From the NCBI GenBank assembly GCA_026770705.1, contig JANJGN010000026.1:36270001-36334000 (forward strand): a stretch of DNA of 64,000 bases, read 5' to 3'. The notes under the pieces were generated by a model. It saw only the letters and a program-made list of their open reading frames with translations. It searched no databases and was not told the DNA's origin. Position 1 is the first letter of the stretch. Each line of letters begins with the position of its first letter. Positions 36,489-49,749 of the stretch are shown in pieces. Origin of the DNA: Isurus oxyrinchus (Eukaryota). Position numbers and translations under genes: made by a program.

Positions 36489-39419
36489 CTGGAGGATAAA
36501 AAAATGAACACAGCCAATATTTGTCCAGGAGAATTTGTCAATCGCGTGAATAGCTCTGCTTTTTGCAGTAATTTTATTTGCTGGAAGCCTATTTGAACCT
36601 TGTTCACTGTTATGAAAATATGACCAAATGGGGAATTAGGTGATGTTTTATTTTACATCGCGAGTTCTTCCGATCAGGACTGCACTGTCTGAATTGGTGT
36701 TGGGGATAGATTCAATAGTAACTTTCAAACGGGTAATGGGTCTGTGCTAGAAATGTAAATACAAATATAGAGCAAGGAGAAAATTCATGGGCAGTGGGAA
36801 CAATTGTATTACACTTTTAAAGGGTCAGTGCCTACACGATGGGCCGAATGTCATCCTTCCGTGCTGGATAATTCTATGAATTATATTACATTCCGGTTTC
36901 TACTTTCCTTGGTGAGACACATAGCTGGGGGAGCATTTTATGATCAGTGAGTCAATCAATTTCCAAAAAAAACATGTTTGTTGCAGAGAAACACAGCTGT
37001 GTGGCATCACTGCGCACAGCAAGATCCAACACAAACTGACGGGATTCATCAGCACCGATCGGGCCAAACCGTGAGTGAGCATCTCTTGTGGTGAAAGGTC
37101 AATCATTTACTGCGGTTTAAAACGGCTCGGGAATTTCTATCTGCCATTTGTTCTATTTCTATATATTCTATCAATAGGGTCCACTTTTCTCCAGTTCAGC
37201 TTAATTTCGAACACATGCAATTAATTTCATTTTATTTCTTTAAGTTCACATTCCTTTTATTTCACGTTAATTTTGTGCTGCTTGTGCTTTTTGCAATCGT
37301 GGGAACTTGTCCCAAATTCTCACAGTTGTCGGTTGGGCTCAGTCTGTTCAGTTTCCGCAGCGATTTTAACTGTTACTCACTGGGAACTGCCTCTTCTGGC
37401 TCTCTGACAATTTCAATTCCTTCCGCCCATTGGTTGATTCTCTCCTGGGTTCACTGGGCGGAGTTCTCTCTCAATTTTACATTATAGAGGAAGAAGAATG
37501 CAAAAGAGGAATGGGCCATTCAGCCTTTGTATATAATCAATTCCAGCTTGACCTCACCAGTAACCTAACTGACCATTTCCATCCAGCTCCCTGTGTTGGT
37601 CTGTTCCGTTCTCCCTCCTGAAATTTCAAGTGTTCCAATAAATATATCAATAATATCTGCCCCGACCTCTCCCTGTGGCAGCAAGTTCCACATTCTAACC
37701 TGCCTTTGTTTAAATTCATTTGTCTTAAATGTTTTATTTGTTCTGTTAGTTACTGTCATATGTTGACAGCTATTGCTTTGCACCTCAGCCACAAATGAAC
37801 AATTTCTCCACCATAAAACAGTTCATGATTCAAAAGATTTCTATGGATTCTCCTCTTGGTTCTGTTTTCCAGAAAAAAGAGACCCAGCCTGTTCAATCTT
37901 CGCAAAGAGATGTGGATTGTTGCTGATTTCTTTTCTCAGCAGTGTAAAAAATCAAAGCAGAGAATCCAATCAATAGAAACAGGAGCCCCCATATCACCTT
38001 TCAAACCTGCTCAGCCATTCGGGAATATCCTGGCAGATTTATAACCTCAACGTCACATTCCCCCACTCTCCCCATATCCCTGATCTTTTAGTGTCCGCAA
38101 ACCTATCAAATATTGTCTTCAAAGCAAACAGATACTGAACATCCACAGCCCTCTGAGTTACAGAATACCACAGATTCACAACAATGGTTCTACTGAAGAT
38201 GCTTTTTTCCTTCTCAGTTCTAATGGATGACTCTTTACTCTGAAGCTGTGACCCCGAGTTCTATACTCCTCAGTCTGGGGAGACACCGACCCAGAATCTC
38301 CCCTGTCAAAACCCTTCAGTATATTGTATGTTTTCATGAGATCACCTCTCATTCTTCTAACTCTAGGAAATATAGACAGAGACGACTAAATCTCTTCCCA
38401 TTGGACAATCCCTTCATCTCAGGAATCAGTCTGATGAAACATTGTTACACTCCTTCCAATGCAGATTGATCTCTCTTCTGTAAGGAGAACAAAACTTTAC
38501 ACAGCATTCCGGACTGGAGTCCATTTCAATCCTTCCCTCCATAAACCTCGTCCAACAGCTTGGGGTCGGATTGTACTTTAAAAGGCGCCCAGAAATCATT
38601 CAATCCTTCCCTCCCGTTCGATTCCTTATTTCTTGCTGGTTCTCAATGAACATTCCCACAGTTTCCTTCTGTCCCTATTCTCCTTTATAAGATTAATGCA
38701 TTACCCTGACTCGCTCACTGCACTGTGCTGTTTCAATTCCCAGTAATCAGGGATACAGATAAATTATAGCAATCCCATCTCTCAAACATCTACATTCAAT
38801 ATAGAGAAGTGTCTGCAGATCCAAACTTTCACATTTCAGTCTGAGGGCGGAAAAGCAGGAAAGTGATTCGTTTTATGAAGACAATTGAAAGAAATGGCAG
38901 GCAGAATGTTACTAATTTCAGTCATTGATTGTCCAAAAATAAAAATCCACCTGGACCTACATCAGGGTCTTATTTCTGAAGTCCGTGGTGTCACTCTCCC
39001 GTTTTTCTCCCGGGTCAGGTACTGAACGAGCCGCTGCAGGTATCCGAACTGGCCGAATTTGTGTTGAGTTTATTCACCTGGTGCTTCATTCACATTGCGC
39101 GGCTTGGACTGCAATCTGCTACCCAGGAGACAGCTCTGTGACCCCGCTCCCGAGCTCTAAGGGACAGACAGAGTTCCCTCGGTCACAGTTAACACCGGGT
39201 GTGGAGTCCGGATTGTCAACAATCTGCGCTCATTAAAAGCGATTCAGCGTCTGAGGGTCCATGATGTTGATATTGTCCCCGATGTGCCCGTTAAACCAAT
39301 AATGGCCCAGAATCCATCAACTCCCACATCCCACCCAAACTCCACTGATATCAATAATAAACTGTCTGTGAACATTACCCGGGACAGTCTGTAACGCGGC
39401 GGGGTTTGGAGTCACTTAC

Positions 39420-39511
39420 CGGCTGTGACAGTCACCAACGTCCCGGATCCATCCACATATTTAATACATCACCACAGTGACACCGCTCTCAGTCTCCCCG
39501 GTACAACAACC
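39420..39511 (-). other. NAR-TCR J segment with 23-RSS (cassette 1)
   Basis: Nonamer 39503-11, 23-nt spacer, heptamer 39473-79. Coding 39420-39472 reads (*)CIKYVDGSGTLVTVTA. Donor GTAAGT, phase 1. Confidence 0.92.
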
Positions 39512-39826
39512 GCAGACACCTCACCCTGCTGGGAAATCATTATCAGACAGTAGAAACTTCCCAATTATTCAGCGGATTTAAATAAATAAACAATATTCAA
39601 CGTTCCAAAGTCTCTGTTGGGTCAAACTGTTCTTTGTGAGGCCCTGAGCTCTGAGTATATGGTGCCCAAAACGAGATGTTCGCTTCATGTAAACCGACAA
39701 AAATAAGAAAGAAAGATAACTGAATGGTGGAAATTAAAATCAAATGTAACCAGATTCCATTGATAATAACATTAACCCGACAATTCACTATCCGAGCCCG
39801 GAGAATTTATATTTAAATCATACAGA

Positions 39827-39899
39827 GGTATTTGCTCAGGTCTCTCCTATTGTGACTCCCTCACCCATCCATACAGTGTTACAAGTCAGTATAACGTCC
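39827..39899 (-). other. NAR-TCR D segment flanked by 12/12 RSS (cassette 1), signals degenerate
   Basis: Coding TGGATGGGTGAGGGAGT (39855-39871). 3' RSS CACAATA-12-GCAAATACC; 5' RSS TACAGTG-12-ATAACGTCC (critical first C mutated). Position matches cassette 2. Confidence 0.75.
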
Positions 39900-40239
39900 C
39901 CCGGGTACTTGGGGAGATTTGGGGACATTAGTTAAACAGCAGGGACTGCGGTTCCCTGTACCAGCTGTTAGACCAGGATCACATCTGGTGTTCGAGGTTT
40001 GTAACTGGGATCAGTCGTTCCCAATCCTCACTCACTGACACCAATCCCGGGAATAATATCACCATCCGCACACACTCGGCATTTATAACACTCAAGATGT
40101 TAACAGCAATAATCCAATCTCATTATAAACTAGACTGTGGGGCAGACGGTCCTGTGGGGGAACTGAAGCGGAACTGTGGGGGTTTAACTGCAGACTTCAC
40201 TCCACTTTTCCATTTGTTTCTGTGACAATCTGCAGTGAG

Positions 40240-40717
40240 AGTTTTTGTATCGCGGGAAGCCGAGGCCCATCACTGTGTATCAATAGTATTGAGCTTTACA
40301 GTAATAGGTGGCGGTGTCTTCAACTCTCACATCCCGAATTTCCAGAGAAAATGTCTTTTCTACTTTATTCACCGACGCAACAATTCTCCCCGCGCTGTGG
40401 ATCGGGTCCCACAATGTCCCGGGTTTGTCTGAAGAAATGCCCATTTTTAAAATAATAATAATTATCATTGAAAACACAGGTGATGGTGAGAGACTGACAC
40501 TCCTTCCTGGTCACCGCTGCCGGGGTCTGTACCACTGACTGACTGAAAGAGCCTGGAAATTAAACAGAGAGAGTTTAATGGAGCATCAGAGCCGAACCAC
40601 AGAACTGGTTTAAAACCCCGGACAGTGTCTGTATTTGAGATGGATACGGACAGCTTTGTTTGATCTGCACTCACGGGGTAAACAGACACACAGAGTGAAA
40701 AGAAGGAGGATTCCCAT
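40240..40717 (-). pseudogene. NAR-TCR (IgNAR-like) V gene with split leader and RSS (cassette 1)
   Basis: Leader 40675-40717 MGILLLFTLCVCLP with GTGAGT donor. V exon 40278-40552: SFSQSVVQTPAAVTRKECQSLTITCVF..GHFFRQT[5-nt deletion vs cassette 2]GTLWDPIHSAGRIVASVNKVEKTFSLEIRDVRVEDTATYYCKAQYY*. Extra FR1 Cys, short CDR2 region. RSS CACAGTG-22-ACAAAAACT. Confidence 0.92.
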
Positions 40718-41592
40718 CTGCCTGGAGCTGAGGGTTTATATGACGGGGAGCTGGAGCCTGCAGCCTTGGACTGCACTGGGAGACCGGATCTCAGAGCTGG
40801 ACTGAAATACTTTAGGGGAATCGAGTTAATTTGCACAGGGCAGTTTCGCTGAGATTATTGATGGGCCGCATGGTTCCCGGATAGCTGGCTAAGTGTTGTG
40901 GAAATAAGAGACAGTTTTATAAAAGGAAACTGCAACTTTCTGACCTTTCGTTTGGATAGTGATCCGAATGTGAAAGCCCCTCCCACAATACTCTGGTGTA
41001 CAGGGTTGGGGGAGGGGAGCTTTACTTTCTGCCAGTTGTGCTGCCGCCTTCCTTGCCCCACAGTGGTGAACTGGGAGGTCGGTGCATGTCTTTGTATTGG
41101 GTGGTGTTTGTTAAAGGTGGAATGTGGGCCCAGGACACCGGGAGAAACCCCCCGACCCACTCTTACTCCAACATTCCGGAGATTCTCCCTGTCATTTAGC
41201 CAAATGCATCCTGCACCAGTCCTGCGATGGGTTACATGTAAAATGGCGTTTAATTTCAGCCATGTTTGACTTCCAGATTGGGAAAATTCAGAATTTCTGT
41301 TAGCAGTAAGTGAGATGGAAACGGCACTCGGGAGGACAACAGACCTTGGGGGGCTTTCTTCTTGGGGCTCTCTTTAAAGATGACAGTCACAACATTCTGT
41401 TCTGAAAACTGTTTCTGGTGTATGATTATCTCTCAACCAGCAACAGCAATACTCAATCAAATAAACCCCGTGACAAGGCCGAGGTCAGAGGCTTCACGAA
41501 GCTGACACCGGAGTTCGGGAAAAAGCTGCTCAACGTTGCGGGCAGGTACGGAAATGCCATTAAAAGGCGAAACGGAAATTAAGAACTGCAGC

Positions 41593-41888
41593 ACGTCACA
41601 CAAACATGGCCGACAGGACGTCACAAAAACATGATCAACAGTAAGTCACACAAACATGGCCGACTGTACGTCACAAAAACATGATCGACAGTTTCGTCAC
41701 GCAAAGATGATCTACCGTATGTCACACAAACCTGGCAGACAGCTTTTTCACACCAACATGGCCGACAGTACAACACAAACATGGCCGACAGTACGTCACA
41801 CCAACATGGCCGACAGTACGTCACACCAACATGGCCGACAGTACGTCACGCAAACATGGCCGATAGTACGTCACACAAACATGGCCGA
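41593..41888. repeat. 25-bp minisatellite, about 12 copies
   Basis: Consensus ACGTCACACAAACATGGCCGACAGT. Confidence 0.92.
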
Positions 41889-41989
41889 TGACTTGAGATG
41901 CAATGTGTAAAGTTACAATTTTTTCTGCACGTCCGGCCAACTCCTGTCAGCTTTCTCAACGTGATAAAAATGCTGCTTTGAGAAAAATA

Positions 41990-42900
41990 ATTAGTGTAAA
42001 TCACTGTTAAGGATAACATATATATGTGTCGTGCAAATAAACTTAGTTAATATAAACAGGGATTTGGTCAAGAATAGTAGTAACAAAGGCACGGCCTGGT
42101 GTAACATAAATAGAGGCAGGTTCTATTTCAGTATTAACTGAAGCAAGGCATGGAGTAAGGCAACTAGAAATTGGGTCTTGTGTAATGTAAACAGGAGTTG
42201 GGTTTCGAGCGGGAATAATAAAGAAAAGGCCTACCGAAATATAAGCAGGATCAAGGGTAATGAGATAATAATTCAGACAGATCTCCAGGTAACATGAACA
42301 AAGACATGGTCTAATGTAATCTACAGAGGGGCAAAGGCTATTTAAGTATAATGTGAGTACTGTCGTAGTGCAATATCAGCAGGGACGTGGCCTAGTGCAA
42401 TGTAAATTCAATCATGTCCTAGTGCAGTAGAGCACAGACAATGGCCAGTGTAATATAAACCGAGACAGAATCTAATTCAATAGCAAATCAGGCAGGGCCT
42501 AGCGTCATACAAGCAGAGACATGTCAAATGCCGCAATAAATGAGATTGTGTCTCATGTACCTTAAACAGAGACACAGGTTATTGTAATATAAAGATGTCA
42601 CATTGTCTGGTGTAACACTGAGACAGGATGTTGCTGAACACTAATGGAGATTATCTATTGCAATAATAACTGAGATGCGACCTAGGGAAACATAGAAGGA
42701 TATGCAACAACCTCTTGCAAATAACTGGAAAAAGGGACGAATGCAACATAAAGTGAGTGTCTGGTGTAATATAAACGCAAGCATTAAGATGTTGTAGTCA
42801 GTAATAACAAAAATTGCGCCTGGTGGAACATAAATGGAGGCAATCTAATGCAGTAATAGATAAGACATGATTTACTGTGACTGTCCAGTGCACTAATAAA
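41990..42900 (+). repeat. Highly decayed ~27-bp satellite
   Basis: Recurrent TAGTGTAATATAAACAGAGACAGGGTC-like units. Related tracts at 34260-34480 and 54850-55700 (inverted) and 63070-63290. Confidence 0.65.
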
Positions 42901-42949
42901 TGAGTATTGCTTAGTTCTCGAATACTGGTTTAGAACCAGGCACTGAACT

Positions 42950-44160
42950 CATGCCACTTATCTTCTCACCTATTTTGTGTCATCTGCAAATTTGACGATT
43001 GTATATTCACTTCCCTCATCTAAGTCATTAATATATGTTGTAAATAATTGAGGCTCCAACACTGATCACTGTGGCGCCCCACTAGTTACAGATTGCCATG
43101 CTGAAAATGCCCCCCCCACCCCTTAACCCATCTCTCTGTCTTCTATTAGTTAGCCAATCCTTTATCCATGCTGATATACTACCCCCAACACCGTTATCTT
43201 ATTAAGTAGCCATGTGTGAAGTACCTTGCCGAACGCATTTTGGAAATCAAAATACATTACATCTACTGGCTATCCCCTTTCAATCTTACTTGTTACCTCA
43301 CCAAAAAATTATACTTAATTTGTAAGACATGATTTCTCCTTCTTGAAGCCATGCTGACTCTGCTTCATTAGACTATGTATTTCTAAAGGCTCTGCTATTG
43401 CATCATTTATAATAGACTCCAATATTTTCCCAAGGACAGATGCTAAGCAAACTGGCCTGTTTTTCTACAAACCCCAATTCCTCTGTCAGGGCAGAAATGC
43501 AAACACCGTCCCACTCCACTGCTGATCCAACCAACGTCAAACGAGAAACAGCAGCAAGCACCTTTCCAAAGCACAGGAAAGACAAAAAAGGCCAGAGGAA
43601 TAGAAACATACAAAACTATGTGGGGAGGTGGCCTTGTGCACCGTTGCCTCATGTAAATCTGTCTTCTACCTCTTAGCTTAAATCTCTGTCCCCTGGTTAT
43701 TGACTCCTCTACTTATGGAAAAATTGCCTTCCTATCCACCCTAGCTGTGCCACTCATAATCATATGCACATCTATCAGGTCCCCTTTCAACCTTCGTTGC
43801 TCCAAGGAAAACAACCTGTGATGACACTTTTGGCCCTCTATCACTACCCGCCTGTTTGGGGGCCTATAGTACACACCAAAACTCGTGTTTGCTCTTTTAG
43901 CGTTTCTTGCTTCTACCTACATGGCTTCGTTTGATGACCCTTCTAAAATATCATCACTCCCCAAGATTCCTTGATCAATATTGCAACCCCCCAATCCAAC
44001 TCTTCTAGCCCTCTCTCCACTTCGTCCGAATACCCTATAACCAGGAAGCTGCCAATCCTAGCCATCCTTTAGCCAAGCCTTGGTCATAGCTATGATATCA
44101 TGCCCTTGGTGCCTATCTGTATCCTCAGCTCGTCAGTCTTATTCCTCACGCCCCTTACAA
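42950..44160 (-). mobile_element. CR1 LINE fragments
   Basis: RT piece (~42950-43460) and APE piece (VRNKTDELRIQIG) on the minus strand. Confidence 0.7.
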
Positions 44161-44269
44161 TAATTATATTCAATTTGTGTTCCATTTGTAAATGTTTAAA
44201 ATGGAACATTTGAATGGAACATTTAAAATAGAACATTTTAACAAGAACACCCAGAAACTGATTCCTGCT

Positions 44270-46850
44270 CAACGATGAGTATAAGGGACATCAAATGTTA
44301 GTGCGGGTTGTATATAGACCCGAAACTGTGGTGGTGATGTTGGGACTGGAATTAAACAGGAAATTAGAGACGTATCCAATAAAGAAACATCTGTAATTAT
44401 GGGTGACTTTAATCTGCATATAGATTGGGCAAATCAAATACCGTAGAAGAAGAATTCTTGGAGTGTATACAGGATGGCTTTCTGGACCAATGCATTGAGA
44501 AACGAACTAGAGAACAGGCTATTATTGACTGGGTATTGTGTAATGAGAAAGGAATAATTGGCAATCTAGATGTGCCAGGCCCCTTGGCGATGAGCGGCCA
44601 TAATATGATAGAATTCTTCATCAATATGGAGAGTGACGGAGTTGATTCTGAGACTGGTGTCCTGAACCTTAATACAGGAAACTACGATGGTGTGAGGCGT
44701 GCGTTGGCGATGATGGATTGGGAAACGTTACTTAAAGGGATGACGGAGGTTAAGCAATGGCAAACATACAAAGAGCGCATGGGTGAACTGAAACAATTGT
44801 TATTCCTGCCTGGTGCAAAAGTGAAACAACAAACGTGGCCAAACCATGGCTTATGAGAGAAATTAGAGATAGTATTAGATGCAAGGAAGAGGCATACAAA
44901 TTGGCCAGGAAAAAAATAAAGCAGACCTGTGCATTGGAAGCAGATTAGAATCCAACAAAGGAGGACCAAGGTATTGATTAAGAAGGAGAAAATAGAGTAC
45001 CAGAATAAGATTGCAGGGAACGTAAAACCTGACTGTAAAAGTTTCTATACGTATGTGAAGAGAAAAAGGTTAGTGAAGACAAATGTAGGTCCCTTACAGT
45101 CAGAAACGGGAGAATTTAAAATGGGGAGCAAAGAAATGGCTGACCAAGTAAGTACATACTTTGGTTCAGTCTTCACAAAGAGGACACAAATAACATACTA
45201 GAAATGTTGGGAAACACAGGGTTTAGAGAGATGGAGGAACTGAAAGAAATCTGTATTAGTAGGGAAATGGTGTTGGGGAAATTGATGGGATTGAAGGCCG
45301 ATAAATCCCCAGGGCCTGATAATCTACATCCCAGAGCACTTAAGGAAATGACCCTAGAAATAGTGTATGCATTGGTGGTCATCATCCTAGATCCTATACA
45401 CTCTGGTACAGTTCCTGCAGATTGGAGAGTAGCTAATGTAACCCCACTATTTAAAAAGAGAGGTACAGAGAAAACAGGGAATAAAAGGCCAGTCAGCCTG
45501 ACGTCGCTAGTGGGGAAAATTCTAGAGCCCATTATAAAAGCTTTAATAGCTGAGCACTTGGAAAACATTGGCAGAATCGGACAGTCAGCACGCATTTACG
45601 TCAAATCTATTGCAATTCTTCGAGGATGTCACTAGTGGAGTGGATGCGTTTTAGTTGGACTTTCAGAAGACTATCGACAAAGTCCCACAGCAGAGATTAG
45701 CATGTAAAATTAAAACGTATGAGATTGGGGATAGTGTGTTGAGATGGATAGAAAACTGGTTGGCAGACATGAAACAAAGAGGAGGAATACACGGGACATT
45801 TTCCGAATGGCAGGCAGTGACAAGCCTTAGGGATCGGTGCTGCGTCCCCAGCTATTAACAATAGATATTAATGATTTAAATTAGGGAACTAAATGTAATA
45901 CCTCTAAATTTGCAGATGACACAAAGCTGGGTGGGAGGGTGAGTTGTGAGGAGGATGCAGAGAAGCTTCAGTGTGATTTGGACAGGCTGAGTGAGTGGGA
46001 AAATGCATGGCAGCTGAAGCATAATGTGGATAAATTTGAGGTTATCCATTTGGATGCAAAAACAGGAAGGCAGATTATTATCTGAATTGCTATAAATTGA
46101 GAGAGGGGAATGTGCAATGAGACCTGGGTGTCGTCGTACACCAATTGCAGAAGGTAAGCATGCAGATGCAGCAGGCGCAAAAGAAGGCAAATGGTACGTT
46201 GACCTTCATAGCAGAGGATTCCAGTACAGGAGCAGGATGTCTTGCTGCAATTGTACAGGGCTTTGGTGAGACCACAACTAGAATATTATGGCCAGGTTTA
46301 GGCTCCTTATCTGAGGAAGGATGTTCTTGCTATAGAGGGGGTGCAGCGACCATTTATCAGACTGATTCCTGGGCTGGCGGGACAGACATATGAGGAGTGA
46401 TTGTATCGGTTACGATTATATTCGCTGGGGTTCAGAAGAATGAGAGCAGAATCTCATAGAAGACTATAAAATTCTAATAGGGCCATTCAGTGTAGATGCA
46501 GGAAGGATGGTCTCGATAGCGGGGGAGTCCAGAACCAGAGGTCACAGTCTGTGGATACAGGGTAGACCATTTAGAATTGAGATGAGAAGAAATGTCTTCA
46601 CCCAGAGAGTGGTGAGCGTGTGGAATTCGCTACCACCAAAAGTATTTGATGCAGAAATATCGCATAATTTCAAGAAGTAGTTAGATATAGCTCTTGGGGC
46701 GAAAGGGATCAAAGGGTATGGGCAGAAAGCGGGAGCAGGCTATTGAGTTGGATGATCAGCCACAATCATGATGAATGGCGGAGCAGGCTCGAAGGGCCTA
46801 TGGCCTACGCCTGCTCCTACTTTCTATGTTTCTATGTTTTTATGTTTTCT
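44270..46850 (+). mobile_element. CR1 LINE ORF2, 5'-truncated, degenerate
   Basis: KSPGPDNLHPRALKE..VPADWRVANVTPLFKK..RPVSLTS; SKFADDTKL; TTTCTATG repeat tail at ~46820. Confidence 0.92.
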
Positions 46851-46911
46851 AAACACGAAATATTTATTTTTTGCGAGCAAACACAATTGGGAATATGTCC
46901 AATAGATTTTT

Positions 46912-46923
46912 TGTGTGTGTGTA

Positions 46924-46968
<45 letters not shown>
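46912..46968. repeat. Compound (TG)n(GA)n microsatellite
   Basis: Directly visible. Confidence 0.95.
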
Positions 46969-46969
<1 letters not shown>

Positions 46970-47649
46970 GGGGGGTGCGGGGAAGGGGTGGGGAGAGAGA
47001 GATAGACAGTGACCAGCAAGAATACACAGAACCCGCACACATTCTCGAGGCAAGGTATCGGGGCACAACAGAAGAGTTCAGGGAGACTGCTTGCAGGACC
47101 GCAGGCAGTGCTGATTGTCACAAACTGTGGCAATGATCATAGGCAGCTCATTGAAACTGGGCTTTCAGATAGATGCAGGAAGTGATGGGGGCCGATATGC
47201 TGGCGAAGACAACTCAAAATTCTCCCCCCTCCTCTCCACCGCCCCCTCTCCCCAACTCCATACCCCCCCCCCACCTTGATCCCGAAAGCCTCGACTGACA
47301 GGAGGCTCCAAATAAAGCGCAGGGTCCCAGAGCGGAAATAATGTGGCCAATATATCATCTGAAGTGTTGGCTTTTGGCTGTCACCCAACATTGTTATTTG
47401 ATTGTTTCATTCATTTTTAATTTTCTCTCTGTTTGCCCATTCCAACATTGATTCGACTCTCTTCTATTCATCGATCTATAATTCTAATTGCTTCTCTGAC
47501 AAGCTTTTTATCCCAGTCAGTGTCAGCATGTACATTTATATCTGAAGCTATGTCAATCATCATGTAAAATCTATCAATTTGTTTTTCCTGCTCCTTTGTC
47601 TCCGGAACGAAGAGTCCTTAAATGGCAAAAACGTGTTCTATCTATTTTA

Positions 47650-47993
47650 NNNNNNNNNNNNNNNNNNNNNNNNNNNNNNNNNNNNNNNNNNNNNNNNNNN
47701 NNNNNNNNNNNNNNNNNNNNNNNNNNNNNNNNNNNNNNNNNNNNNNNNNNNNNNNNNNNNNNNNNNNNNNNNNNNNNNNNNNNNNNNNNNNNNNNNNNNN
47801 NNNNNNNNNNNNNNNNNNNNNNNNNNNNNNNNNNNNNNNNNNNNNNNNNNNNNNNNNNNNNNNNNNNNNNNNNNNNNNNNNNNNNNNNNNNNNNNNNNNN
47901 NNNNNNNNNNNNNNNNNNNNNNNNNNNNNNNNNNNNNNNNNNNNNNNNNNNNNNNNNNNNNNNNNNNNNNNNNNNNNNNNNNNNNNNNNNNNN
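47650..47993. other. Assembly gap (344 N) abutting the second RSS array
   Basis: Run of N. Confidence 1.
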
Positions 47994-48180
47994 TGTTTCA
48001 CTGTATCTGGAATCCCCACTTTGTTCAAGTTTTTATAGAGCTCTCTCTGCGCTTTGTATCTCTGTGTGTCTGTAATCTCACCATGTTTAGCTTTTTGTAC
48101 AGCTCTCTCCGTGCTCTGTATCACTATGTGTCTGTAATCCCACCATGTTCAGGTTTTTGAACAGCTCTCTCCGTGATCTA
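47994..48180 (-). repeat. Second tandem 23-RSS array (at least 3-4 decayed units, runs into the gap)
   Basis: Heptamer remnants 47999-48005, 48060-66, 48122-28; nonamer remnants 48028-36, 48090-98, 48152-60. Spacers 23 nt; same linker TGTCTGTAATCCCACCATGTTCA as array 1. Confidence 0.9.
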
Positions 48181-48267
48181 ACCCTGAACATTCACAGCTT
48201 CAAGTAATGGTGTCACCGACAGCAGATGTTTGTAGAAGCGGGCACTAAGACACCAGGGAACTGGAAT
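48178..48267 (-). pseudogene. Supporting TCR-delta V of cassette 2, FR1 stump only
   Basis: Acceptor TTCTCCAG; DSSSLVS*CPLLQTSAVGDTIT*SCECSGL fused directly into an RSS spacer. Confidence 0.85.
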
Positions 48268-49671
48268 CTGGAGAATTAAAAAGAACATTATTTGTTTGTT
48301 TAGCCATTGTTTACCTGGGAGAATTTGTCAATGACATGAAAGGTTCGTTTTTCTAAACTTCAAGCAAGCCTGTTCCATCCGTATTCACCGTCATTGAAAT
48401 GTGATTAAGTGCAGAGATGATAATTTTCTTTTGTATCGAGAATTTTTCCAATCTGCACTGCGTGGTCAGAATGGGTGGTGCGAACGTACTCAGTGGGAAC
48501 TTTCAAATGGCTGATGTATCTGTACTGCAACAGGAAAAATGTACAGCCTCATGAGGAAATACATGCGTTTTGGTAAAAGTTAGATTGCACTTTGAAAGTG
48601 ATAGCATCTCCACGATGGGCCGAATGTCATTCTACCTCTCGGCGTGGTTCTCTGTTGTATATTACATTTCTGCTTCTATTTTCCTTGGTGAGTGACACCC
48701 CGATGGAACAGTTTCCAAAAAATGATTGTATGGGACAATCAGCATCAGCATCACTGTGCGCAGCATGATCGAAATGAAAGTGTTTGTGATTAATCAGCAT
48801 TGATTGAAACTTCTCTCTTCCCCGTTCTAATGGCCGACCCCTTATGCTGAAACTTTGGCTCCCATTTATAGACTTTCCAACCTGAGGAAACTCCCACCTA
48901 GAACCTTCCCTCTCAAGCTCCTTAAGGATATCATGTGTTCTCATGAGATCGCCCTCATTGCTGTAAATTCCAGGAAACACAGGCCCAGTCTACTCAATCC
49001 CTTCCCATAGGACAATCCCTTTACTTCAGGAATCAGTCTGATGAACATTTGTTCCAAAGCATGTACAACCTTCCCTAAGTAAGATACCAGACTTTACACA
49101 GCATTCCAAACTGGAGTCCTTCTCTCCATAAACGTCGCCCACCACCCTGTGCTCGGATTGTACTTTGAACGGCCCAGACATCAACCAATCCTTCTCTCCC
49201 ATTCGATGAATTATTTCTTGCTGGTTCTAAATGAATATTCTCTCAGTTTATAATTTTTTCCTTATGTCCCTGTTCTCCTTTATAAGATTAATGCATCATC
49301 CTCACTCTCTCACTGCACTTTGCGTTTTTAATTCACAGTAATCAGGGATACAGATAAATTACAGCAATCCCATCTCTCAAACATCGACATTCAATATAGA
49401 GAAGTGTTTGCAGTTCCAAACTTTCACATTTCGATCTGAGGATGGAAAAGGAGGAAATGATTGGGTATATGAAGACAATTGAAAGAAATGGCGGGTAAAT
49501 GACCCGACTGTCCGATCATACCCGGTTCCTAAATTGAAGCCTGCAACGGAAAAGGTCCCTTAGAAATCGTTTTTTTTTTAGCTTCGATGTGATTGAAACG
49601 ATGTTGATCACAAAATGACTGTGAACATTATCCGGCACAGTCTGCAACATGCGGGCTTCAGAGTCACTTAT

Positions 49672-49749
49672 CGGCTGTGACAGTCACCGCCATCCTGGAT
49701 CCATCTACATAATTAGCACACCACTCTCAATCTCCCAGGTACAAGAACC
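49672..49749 (-). pseudogene. NAR-TCR J of cassette 2 (heptamer deleted, donor mutated)
   Basis: NYVDGSRMAVTVTA. Donor ATAAGT instead of GTAAGT. Nonamer 49741-49 and 23-nt spacer are present but the heptamer is missing. Confidence 0.88.

Noticed and set aside
40278-40552. IgNAR or conventional IgH/IgL V gene
   Set aside because: Single D, FR1 Cys, no Ig constant exons and a downstream leaderless V-delta fit NAR-TCR.
40735-40840. TATA and octamer promoter of NAR V1
   Set aside because: TATAAA is only ~18 nt from the ATG and the octamer has a mismatch (GTGCAAAT); plausible but too weak to call.
47579-48160. Long ORFs containing X runs
   Set aside because: Artefacts of the N gap.
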